Shown in pieces: positions 48,291 to 56,908 of a stretch of 64,000 bases of DNA. A program made the translations under genes and the position numbers. A model generated the notes under the pieces. That model had not been told where the DNA came from. It made no database searches and saw only the letters and a list, made by a program, of their open reading frames with translations. The stretch is from assembly GCA_038060895.1 (NCBI GenBank), contig JBBTCT010000005.1:63551-127550 (forward strand), written 5' to 3'. Source of the stretch: Planctomycetota bacterium. Lineage in GTDB: Bacteria; Planctomycetota; MHYJ01; WSZJ01. Numbering within the stretch: position 1 is the stretch's first letter; each line of letters begins with the position of its first letter.

Positions 48291-50054
48291 ATGAACGCGG
48301 AGAACTTCTACCTGTTCCGGCACGCCCTGCTGCGCGACGCCGCGTACCAGTTGCAGATGCCCGCGGACCGCGCGCGGCTGCACGGGCTGGCCATCGACCT
48401 GATGGAGGCCCTGTCTGACGGGCGCGCGCCGGAGCTCCCTCCTCTCGACGGCAGCGATCGGCTGCGGGTCGCGCCGCATGCCAGCGATCCGTGGGCGGCG
48501 GAGCTCGCCAGCCACGCGCGGCTCGCGGGGGACGCCGGTACACACGCTTCGGCGCTGCGCCTTTACCTGCGCCGCGCCGCCGAGATCGCCGAGCGGGAGT
48601 CCGCGTTCGAGTCCGCGGCCAGGCTCTGGTCAGAACTCGCGGAAGAGCTCGGGGAGGGGCAGGAGGGCGAAGCGCTTCGAAGAGCCGGCGGCGCTGCGCG
48701 GCTGTGCGGGCGGCAGTCGGAAGCGCTGTCGCTGACGGAGCGTGCCGTCGCGATTGCCCGGGAGCGTCTCGACGAGCGCCTCGAAGGCGTCGCGCTCTCC
48801 TGCGCCGCGTCGATGAAGGACGTCCTCGGGCACTCCGAGGACGCCGAGCGGGATTTTCGGAGAGCGCTGGATCTCCACCGCGCCAGCGGCGACGGCCGCT
48901 CCGAGGGTCCGACGCTCGCCAACTTCGCGTCGTTTCAACAAAAGCGTGGCCGCACTGCCGCCGCGATGGAACTCATCGAGCAGGCGCTCGCAAGACTACG
49001 CGAGTCGGGCAACCGCCAGGCCGAGGGAAGCCTCCTCGGCAACCTCGGGATGCTCCACAGCATCACCGGCAATCCCGCTTCCGGCGCCCGCCTCATGGAG
49101 GAGTCCATTGCGATTCACCGCGAATGCCGGAACCTGCGTTCCGAAGCCCTGACGACCATGAACCTCGCCGCCGCGACCCGCACGGATGGGAGGATCGAAG
49201 GCGCGCTGGAGATGGTCGAGCGGGCGATGGCAATGCTGCGCAAGCTCGGAGACCGATGGACCGAGGCGACGGGCGCCGGATTCCTGGGAGTCCTGTTGAA
49301 GGACCTCGGACGGGTGGACGAGGCGGAAGAGAAGCTGCGGCGCGCCCTGGAGATGAATCGTGAGTGCGGCAACTCAGGCCAGGAAGGCACCATTCTCGGA
49401 AACCTCGGCGGCGTGTACGCGGCGACGGGTCGCAACGCGGAGGCCGAACGGGCCTACCGGCAGGCCCTGGAAATCTTTCGCGGGATGAATTACCCGAGAG
49501 GCGAGGGCGTCATCCTGGGAGACCTCGCCGACCTTCTCCACGCCGCGGGACGCCGCGAGGAAGCGCACGCGGCGCTGGGCCAGGCACTCTCGCTCCACCG
49601 GGCCTCGGGGAACCGGACCTTCGAAGGACAGGCGCTTCAGAGCCTCGCCACGTTCCACCAGAGGGAAGGCCGGGCTGAAGAAGCCGAGCGGGCGTTCGAC
49701 GAAGCTCTGGCGATCCAGCGGTCGGCGGGAAACCGCCGCGCCGTCGGCGTGGCGCTCGGATCGCGCGCTTCGGTCTATGCCGCGACGGGCCGGCCCGAAC
49801 AGGCGGAGCGAGGCTGGGAGGAAGCGCTGGCGATCCACCGCGAAGTGAAAAATCCCCTCGGGGAGGGGCGGCACGGGGCAGAGCTGGCCCTGCATCACCT
49901 GGCTGGCGGACGGATCGAAACGGCGCGAGAGGTCTGGAAAGGAGTGGAGGCAGTCCTGCGCGGGTGCGGCAACGCCGACGACCTCCGGCGTCTCATGCGG
50001 GAGGCATGCGCGCGGGCGCACATCGCGCCGTTTGATGAAGAGGCGGCACGATGA
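48291..50054 (+). CDS. TPR protein, family copy 3
   Basis: MNAENFYLFRHALLRDAAYQLQMPADRARLH + TPRs. Confidence 0.85.
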   Translation: MNAENFYLFRHALLRDAAYQLQMPADRARLHGLAIDLMEALSDGRAPELPPLDGSDRLRVAPHASDPWAAELASHARLAGDAGTHASALRLYLRRAAEIAERESAFESAARLWSELAEELGEGQEGEALRRAGGAARLCGRQSEALSLTERAVAIARERLDERLEGVALSCAASMKDVLGHSEDAERDFRRALDLHRASGDGRSEGPTLANFASFQQKRGRTAAAMELIEQALARLRESGNRQAEGSLLGNLGMLHSITGNPASGARLMEESIAIHRECRNLRSEALTTMNLAAATRTDGRIEGALEMVERAMAMLRKLGDRWTEATGAGFLGVLLKDLGRVDEAEEKLRRALEMNRECGNSGQEGTILGNLGGVYAATGRNAEAERAYRQALEIFRGMNYPRGEGVILGDLADLLHAAGRREEAHAALGQALSLHRASGNRTFEGQALQSLATFHQREGRAEEAERAFDEALAIQRSAGNRRAVGVALGSRASVYAATGRPEQAERGWEEALAIHREVKNPLGEGRHGAELALHHLAGGRIETAREVWKGVEAVLRGCGNADDLRRLMREACARAHIAPFDEEAAR

Positions 50055-51682
50055 ACGCGGAGCGGGCCTACTTATTCAGGCACGCGCTTATTCGCGAAGC
50101 GGCCTACCAGCTCCAGCTCCCTGGCGACCGCGCGCGGCTGCACGGGATTGCGCTGGAGATGATGGAAGGGCTTGCTGGCGGGCGGCCGGCGCGGGAGGCG
50201 GACGGATGGGACACGAAGCCGTCGCCTCACCCGTCGGACGGCTGGGCCGCGGATATGGCGATGCACGCCCGCGGGTCCGGCGACGGCGAGGGCGAGGTCC
50301 TCTATGCCCACCGCGCGGCCGCGCATGCCGACCGCCAGTTCCGCTCGCTCGACGCGGAAATCCTCTGGAGGCAGCTCGCCACGCTGCTCGCGGGCGGCGA
50401 CCGCGCCGATGCGCTGCGCCGCGCGGGCATCGCCGCGACCGCCGGCGCGCGCGGATCCCCGGCCGAGGCGCTCTTCCTGGAGGCCCTTGCCCTCGAGCGC
50501 GCCGCGGGCGACCGCTCCCGCGAGCGCCGCACCTTGTCCCGCCTCGCAATCCTCTACAAGGACCTCCTGCGGCCCCGCGACGCCGAGCGCCTTTTCCACG
50601 AGGCCATCGCTCTTCATCGCGCCGCAGGCGACCGGCAGTCCGAAGGGGCCGCTCTCTCGGGCCTCGCTGCAGTCCTGAGCGACACCGGCCGCAACGAGGA
50701 GTCGGACAGGCTTTTCCGGGAAGCGCTCGTCCTTCACCGCTCCTGCGGGGACGTGCACTCGGAATTGATCACGCTGTCAAACCTGTGCGCCGAAGCGCTG
50801 AAGCGAGGGGACGTGGCGGAAGCGGAGGCGGATCTGATGGAAGCAGAGCGGCTGACGTCGGAGCTGGACGACCTGCCCGCGCTGGGCCTGCTCAAGACGC
50901 GCCGCGGAACGCTGATGCTCGAAACCGGCCGGCCGGCGGAGGCGGAGCGGGCGCAGCTCGAGGCGCTGGAGCTGCTGCGCCGTGTCGGAGACCGGCGGTC
51001 CGAGGGCCGCACGCTGGGGAATCTCGGCAACAACTTCCGCGAGTCCGGCCGGCTCGACGAAGCGGCGCGGGCTTACGCCGCGGCGCTCGACATTCACCGC
51101 GGCATCGGAAACCGCCGCGGTGAAGGCATCGTCCTCGGCAATATGGCGAGTCTCCGGTCGCTTCATGGTGACGACGCCGCGGCCGAGGTGATGTGGCGCG
51201 AGGCTCTCCGGATTCACCGTGACTTACTGAACCACACTTCTGCCGCCGCCACGCTCATCTGCCTCGGCCAACTCTGTCGCGAAAACGGACGGGCAGGCGA
51301 GTCCGAGGCGTTCTACTCCGAGGCCCTCGAGTTCAGCCGCACCTACCAGGCCGCTCGCGCCCGCGGAGTATCTCTCGCCGGCCTCGCGGCCCTGCGCCTC
51401 GCCGACGGCCGCTTCGCCGAGGCCGAGCCGCTGTTCGACGAAGCGGTCTCCATCCTGCGCGCCGCGCGCGACGTCCGCAACGAGGCCGCCGTCCTCTCCG
51501 CCGCCCTGGAGCTCCACCTGGTTACCGGCAGAACCGCCCGCGCCCGCGAGGCCTGGCTCCGGCTTGTGGAGATCTACCGCTCACTTGGCGACGCCGTCCG
51601 GCAGGAATCGGCGCGGGCGGAGATGCAGAAGGCATGCGCGAGGGCGGGGGTTCCGGCGCTGGACGAAGAAGGCACGGCGTGA
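50051..51682 (+). CDS. TPR protein, family copy 4
   Basis: MNAERAYLFRHALIREAAYQLQLPGDRARLH + TPRs; ATGA overlap. Confidence 0.85.
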   Translation: MNAERAYLFRHALIREAAYQLQLPGDRARLHGIALEMMEGLAGGRPAREADGWDTKPSPHPSDGWAADMAMHARGSGDGEGEVLYAHRAAAHADRQFRSLDAEILWRQLATLLAGGDRADALRRAGIAATAGARGSPAEALFLEALALERAAGDRSRERRTLSRLAILYKDLLRPRDAERLFHEAIALHRAAGDRQSEGAALSGLAAVLSDTGRNEESDRLFREALVLHRSCGDVHSELITLSNLCAEALKRGDVAEAEADLMEAERLTSELDDLPALGLLKTRRGTLMLETGRPAEAERAQLEALELLRRVGDRRSEGRTLGNLGNNFRESGRLDEAARAYAAALDIHRGIGNRRGEGIVLGNMASLRSLHGDDAAAEVMWREALRIHRDLLNHTSAAATLICLGQLCRENGRAGESEAFYSEALEFSRTYQAARARGVSLAGLAALRLADGRFAEAEPLFDEAVSILRAARDVRNEAAVLSAALELHLVTGRTARAREAWLRLVEIYRSLGDAVRQESARAEMQKACARAGVPALDEEGTA

Positions 51683-51744
51683 AGGGCCGCCACGGCGCAC
51701 GGTGCAAGGCGCCATCGTGCAGGCTCGGGTACACTCTCCGGTCC

Positions 51745-53727
51745 GTGCGCGCCCTGACACTCCTGGTTTTCCTGACCGCTCTCGCCGGTTGCAAGACCAG
51801 CGTCGAACAGCAGCGCGAGTCGTTCGCCGGCCACGAAGGGACGAAGATCGGCGGCGTCGGCGTGGAAGAGTACTTTCGCGTCCGCAAGGTGCGAATCGAA
51901 GCCGGCGCGCTCATCACGGCAGCTCGGCGCGGGGAGGACGGCACGATCGGCTTCACGTACCTGTTTCGGCCGGATCCCTCCAGATCGTCGGGGAACTCGT
52001 TTCAATTTTCGATGCCGGCCATCGGCCACTGCCTGGCGATACCGCTCGAACAGCCTGGGCTTTTCCTCACGGCCGGCCATGCGACGTCGCTTCGCCCGAT
52101 CAACCTGATCTACGAAGCGGGACCCGAAGTTCGATTCGCCGAAGCGCACGTCGTGTGGGTGGACGAGGAGATTGACCTCGCGCTACTGCAGGCGGATCTT
52201 GGAACTCTCCCCTGTTTCCCGCTGGCTCCGGAGATCACCGACGACGCGGCCGTCTTCGCGGGATGTGCCGCGGGGCCCTCGGCGGGAACGATCCGCTCGC
52301 ATGATCCGGAGGAATCCGGTGGCGGGAAGCCTCTTCCGTTCCTCGAAGTGATGCACGACGCGCCGATGCGAGACGGCGACAGCGGTGCGCCTCTCATCGA
52401 CGCGGAAGGACGGCTGGTCGGCGTCCATTCTTCGACGGGTCTGCGGCTCGCGGGCCTGCGCAAATCGCGGCGCGCGTTCCTGCCGGCGGCGCGGACTCTC
52501 GAAGCGATGCTGGCCCAGGCGCCCAACGCGGCGGTTGAGTACGAGCGCATGTTCGCGCTTCTGGCCAAAGCCGCGGATGCCGGCCGGGAGGTCCGCGAGG
52601 AAGCGTATCCGCTCGTGGGAAACGACAAGCCTTACGACCCCGAGCGGTGGGGGCGCTCCGTGGCCATCGTCGGCGAAATCCTCCAGGGGATGGACGGCGC
52701 GTCGAGCATCGGCTTCTGCCGGTTCTCTCCGCCCCGGGACGCCCCGAACGAACGCCCCTGGCTGGGGGAGGCCCGCAACCTCGCCCGGGTGAACATGGTC
52801 TGGACCTGGCACCGGGTGGTCACGGGGAAATTCGAGAAAGCCATGGCCGGCTGGTGGCGTGGATTCGCGCTCGCACGGCACATCGCGCAGGATGGCGACC
52901 TCGTGGACGGCCTCGTCGGAATTGCTATCGCGAGCATCCAGATCGACACGATGCGCAGGGCATTGTTGGAGGACCGCCTCGACCTTCACCAGCTTGGGGA
53001 CCTGTCGGAGTTCCTCCAGGAACAGCCGTACGGGGTCCTTTCACTGAGGCCCGCCTTCCGCGGCGAACGCCTTAACATGGCCCGCCTGGGCGATCAATGG
53101 ATGGCCTCCTCTGATCCGCTCGTCGCCTGCGACGAGTACTTTCGGGGAATGCGGATCGAGCCCGACTATCGCCCCGAGACCGCCCTGGACAGGATGTCTC
53201 CCCGCCAACGCCAGTTGACCCTCCACGGCCTTCCCGCCGGCATGAAGGACGACATCGCGGCCACGCGCGACGTCGTGAGAAAGGAGATCGACGACCTCCT
53301 CGACCGCATCGCGGCGGCGGAGGGACCGGCGACTCTCCCGTGGGACGAAGCCCGCGAAGCCATGCGGTCGGCGCTGGAGGTCGACGCCCCGGCCGGTTCA
53401 CCGGAGAACCTCCTGGCCCGCATCCTGTGCCCTGCCCTCCTCGCGTCGATGAAGAGCCGCATGAAGTGCGAATCGAGGCTCCGCGGCGTTATAGGAATGA
53501 TCTCCCTGCGGCAGTCGATGAAACAGTTCAACCGCGTTCCCGCGCCCGACAAAACGCGGCTTCCCCACGACACCTGCACGGGAGAGAAGATGACGCTGGA
53601 GGTCACCGACTCGGAGCTCGTTTTCCGCTGCAACCTCGAAGAAAACGACCCCGAAGGACAGCGCCGCGATCCGTTCTACAACGGCGTCTATCGCCTTCCG
53701 ATCCCGGAGACGCTCAGGAAGAAATAG
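51745..53727 (+). CDS. Lipoprotein: trypsin-like serine protease fused to an unknown helical domain
   Basis: Lipobox LAGC; TAGHA, DLALL and GDSGAP catalytic-triad motifs. Confidence 0.78.
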   Translation: MRALTLLVFLTALAGCKTSVEQQRESFAGHEGTKIGGVGVEEYFRVRKVRIEAGALITAARRGEDGTIGFTYLFRPDPSRSSGNSFQFSMPAIGHCLAIPLEQPGLFLTAGHATSLRPINLIYEAGPEVRFAEAHVVWVDEEIDLALLQADLGTLPCFPLAPEITDDAAVFAGCAAGPSAGTIRSHDPEESGGGKPLPFLEVMHDAPMRDGDSGAPLIDAEGRLVGVHSSTGLRLAGLRKSRRAFLPAARTLEAMLAQAPNAAVEYERMFALLAKAADAGREVREEAYPLVGNDKPYDPERWGRSVAIVGEILQGMDGASSIGFCRFSPPRDAPNERPWLGEARNLARVNMVWTWHRVVTGKFEKAMAGWWRGFALARHIAQDGDLVDGLVGIAIASIQIDTMRRALLEDRLDLHQLGDLSEFLQEQPYGVLSLRPAFRGERLNMARLGDQWMASSDPLVACDEYFRGMRIEPDYRPETALDRMSPRQRQLTLHGLPAGMKDDIAATRDVVRKEIDDLLDRIAAAEGPATLPWDEAREAMRSALEVDAPAGSPENLLARILCPALLASMKSRMKCESRLRGVIGMISLRQSMKQFNRVPAPDKTRLPHDTCTGEKMTLEVTDSELVFRCNLEENDPEGQRRDPFYNGVYRLPIPETLRKK

Positions 53728-53818
53728 TCGCTGCGAAGTCGGCGATCGTCCCATCCCGCTGCCCCCCTCCTCAATTCGTTCCTGCTCCCTGCTCCATACT
53801 CAATACTCCCCACTCCCG

Positions 53819-55222
53819 ATGAATGCGGAATCAGCCTATGTCTTTCGGCACGCCCTTCTCCGTGACGCCGCCTATCAACTCCAGCTCCCCGGCGATCGCG
53901 CGCGGCTCCACGGCTTCGCCCTTGACGTCATCACGGCGCTCGCCGGTTCTCCCCCGCCGCCGGGCCCTCTCGATCCGGACGAGCCGGCGGCCCGGCCGCA
54001 CCCCGCCGATCCCTTCGCAGGCGAGCTCGCCCGGCACGCCGCGCTCGCCGGGCCGAATTTCGCCGAGGCCCGCCTCGCCTGGCTGCGGCGCTTCGCGGAC
54101 GTCTCCGATCGCGCAGGAGACGTCGCCGCGGCGGCGGAAGCGTGGCTGGAGGCGGCGGGGTTGCTCGGGAAGCGCGGCGGCGCGGAAGCCAGGAGACGCG
54201 CGGCCGAGATGCTTCGCCTGCGCGGGCGCAACCGGGAGGCGGAGGGATTGCTGGAAGAAGCGCTGAAGGCGACCCGCGACGCCGGCGACGCCCGTCACGA
54301 GGGGATCGTCCTCGGCTCGCTGGCGAACCTCGTTTCCGAAACCGGCCGCGTCCCGGAAGCCGAGGAGATGCTGGACCGGTCGGTCGAGCTGCTTCGGCGC
54401 GCCGGAGACCGGAAGTGGGAGAGCACGGAGCTGGCGAACCTTGGGAATCTCTATGTCACCACCGGCCGCTCGGATCTCGCCGGCGAGACCTACCGGCGCG
54501 CCGCCGCGATTCGCCCCGCCTCTGCGGACCGGAGGTCCGAGGGAGTGGCGCTCATCAACCTCGCCAACATCGATCGCGTCCAGGGGCGGCTCGAGGACGC
54601 CGAGCGCGGCCTTCGCCAGGGCGTCGGGATATTCCGCGCCATGAACGACGGGCGAGCGCTCAGCCTTTCCCTCTCGAACCTCGCGGGCCTGCTCTGGGCC
54701 CGGAACGACGCCGCGGCCGCCGAGCCGATCTTTCTCGAGGCGCTCGACCTGTGCCGGCAGACCGGAAACCGCCGCTCCGAGGGCATCGCGCTCGGCCACC
54801 TCGCCGACATCCGCCAGGAGTCGCAGCGCTTCGACGAAGCCGACCGCCTCTACGACGCTTCCCTCGCCATCCTGCGCGAAGCGGGCGTCGTCCTGTTCGA
54901 AGGCGGCGTCCTGGGAAATCGCGCCCGCCTGCGCCACAAGTCGGGCAGGCTCGCCGAAGCGCATTCCGATTACGAGCGCGCGATCGAACTCCTCCGGTCC
55001 GCCCGCGAGCGCCGCATGCTCGGAGGCCACCTCCTCGGCTTCGCCGCCCTCCTCGTTGCCGTCGGCCTCCACCAAGCCGCGCGCGCCGCCGCCCTGGAAG
55101 GCGCTTCCCTCCTCAAGTCCGAAAGAGATACCGCCAGCCTGGCTGAAGGGGCCGCGTGGCTGCGGACGGCATGCGACCTGGCGGGAATCGCGCCCATCGA
55201 GACCGGCGGGGAGGACGCGTGA
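53819..55222 (+). CDS. TPR protein, family copy 5
   Basis: MNAESAYVFRHALLRDAAYQLQLPGDRARLH + TPRs. Confidence 0.85.
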   Translation: MNAESAYVFRHALLRDAAYQLQLPGDRARLHGFALDVITALAGSPPPPGPLDPDEPAARPHPADPFAGELARHAALAGPNFAEARLAWLRRFADVSDRAGDVAAAAEAWLEAAGLLGKRGGAEARRRAAEMLRLRGRNREAEGLLEEALKATRDAGDARHEGIVLGSLANLVSETGRVPEAEEMLDRSVELLRRAGDRKWESTELANLGNLYVTTGRSDLAGETYRRAAAIRPASADRRSEGVALINLANIDRVQGRLEDAERGLRQGVGIFRAMNDGRALSLSLSNLAGLLWARNDAAAAEPIFLEALDLCRQTGNRRSEGIALGHLADIRQESQRFDEADRLYDASLAILREAGVVLFEGGVLGNRARLRHKSGRLAEAHSDYERAIELLRSARERRMLGGHLLGFAALLVAVGLHQAARAAALEGASLLKSERDTASLAEGAAWLRTACDLAGIAPIETGGEDA

Positions 55223-55286
55223 ATTCGGTGGAAGAGAGATCCCGTGTCCGCTGTGTAACAACAAGAATGACTCGTACGATAGCCGC

Positions 55287-56807
55287 GTGCACGCAGAGTC
55301 CGCCTATCTCTTCAGACACGCGCTCCTGCGCGACGCCGCCTACCAGCTCCAGCTCCCCGGCGATCGCGCGCGGCTGCACGGGCTGGCATTCGCCGTCATC
55401 GAATCGCTGTGCGGCGGCCGGGCGCCCCAGCCTGAGGAATCTGCGGGCGGAAAGCCAGCGGCATTGCGACCGCACCCGACGGACGCGTTCGCGGAAGAGC
55501 TGGCGGCCCACGCTGCCGCGGCGAACGAGGCCGGCCTGGCGGAAGCGCTGACGCTGTACCTCTCGCGCGGAGCGGAGCTGGCCGACCGGCAGTTCCGCGT
55601 CGAAGCGGCCGCGAGGCTCTGGCGGGCGCACGCGGGGCTCGCGGGCGCTGGTTCCCGTGGAGAGTCGTTCCGGCGGGCCGCGTTGTCGTCGAAACTCGCA
55701 GGCCGGTCGCGAGACGCCGAGGCGCTCTTCGAGGAGGCGCTGCACGCCATTCGTGACGCCGGCGACCTGCGCCGCGAGGGCATCGTGCTGGAGAATCAGG
55801 CGCTCTTCTTCCAGGAAACGGGCCGCGTCGTCGACGCCGAGCGGCTACACGCGCGGGCGCTCGAGATTCACCGGAGGTGCGGTGATCGGCGCTCCGAGGG
55901 ATTCGCCCTCGGCAATCTCTCGAGTCTCCTCAAGGAAACCGGCCGCGTCCAGGAGGCGGAAGAGCGAATGAAGGAAGCGCTGGCGCTGTTTCGAAACATG
56001 GGCGACCACGTCTCGGAGGGAATCGTCCTGGGAAACCTGGCGAGCCTGCTTCGCGAGACGGGACGGATGAGGAAGTCGGAGCGGCTCTTCGCGGAATCCC
56101 TGAAGATCCACGTCAAGACCCGCAACCGGAGGTCCGAGGGCCTCACGCGGGACAATCTCTCCGTCCTGCACGCGCTGACGGGCCGCGCTCGCAGCGCCGA
56201 GCGCGGCTTTCGCGAGGCCCTCGCGATTCATCGCGAAGTCGGGAACCGGCGGCTGCAGGGCACGGCGCTGGACAACCTGGCCGGGCTGCTTCGGCGGAAC
56301 GGAAAGCTGGAGGAGGCGGAGCGGCACCACGAGGCCGCGCTGTCTCTCCTGCAGGACGTCGGCGACCGGCGCTCGGAGGGCATCGCCCTCAACAACCTGG
56401 CCGGCCTTTACCAGGCGACCGGGCGGCTCGACCTCGCGCGGGAGACATACGAACGCGCCCTGCAGCGGCACCGCGAGGTTCGCAATCGCCGATCCGAGGG
56501 CGTCACCATCGGCTGCCTCGCAACCCTCCTCACGGACGCGGGCCATCTCTCCGACGCCGGGCCGATGTTCGAGCAGTCGCTCGCGATTCTCCGCGAAACG
56601 CGCGAGCGACGCTTCGAGGGCATCCACCTCTGCGCCCTCGCCCGTCTGCGCCTGGCCCAGGGGCGCGAGGCAGAAGCGCGGAAAACCTGGAAGGTCGGTG
56701 AGGCCATCCTGCGGAAGCTCGGGGACAAGAGGGAAATCCGGACCCAGCGGGCCGCGATGATGGAAGCGTGCGCGAGGGCCGGCGTCCCGGCCCTTGACTT
56801 ACAGTGA
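55287..56807 (+). CDS. TPR protein, family copy 6
   Basis: GTG start, (M)HAESAYLFRHALLRDAAYQLQLPGDRARLH + TPRs. Confidence 0.85.
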   Translation: MHAESAYLFRHALLRDAAYQLQLPGDRARLHGLAFAVIESLCGGRAPQPEESAGGKPAALRPHPTDAFAEELAAHAAAANEAGLAEALTLYLSRGAELADRQFRVEAAARLWRAHAGLAGAGSRGESFRRAALSSKLAGRSRDAEALFEEALHAIRDAGDLRREGIVLENQALFFQETGRVVDAERLHARALEIHRRCGDRRSEGFALGNLSSLLKETGRVQEAEERMKEALALFRNMGDHVSEGIVLGNLASLLRETGRMRKSERLFAESLKIHVKTRNRRSEGLTRDNLSVLHALTGRARSAERGFREALAIHREVGNRRLQGTALDNLAGLLRRNGKLEEAERHHEAALSLLQDVGDRRSEGIALNNLAGLYQATGRLDLARETYERALQRHREVRNRRSEGVTIGCLATLLTDAGHLSDAGPMFEQSLAILRETRERRFEGIHLCALARLRLAQGREAEARKTWKVGEAILRKLGDKREIRTQRAAMMEACARAGVPALDLQ

Positions 56808-56908
56808 CTCGCGGCGGCGGCCGCGTCATTCCTCTTCCGGGACGGGCGCGCGGAAAGTCCGAAGAGTCGCTGATACAATTCACCGACTCCATCCCGAGAG
56901 GTCCCGCC

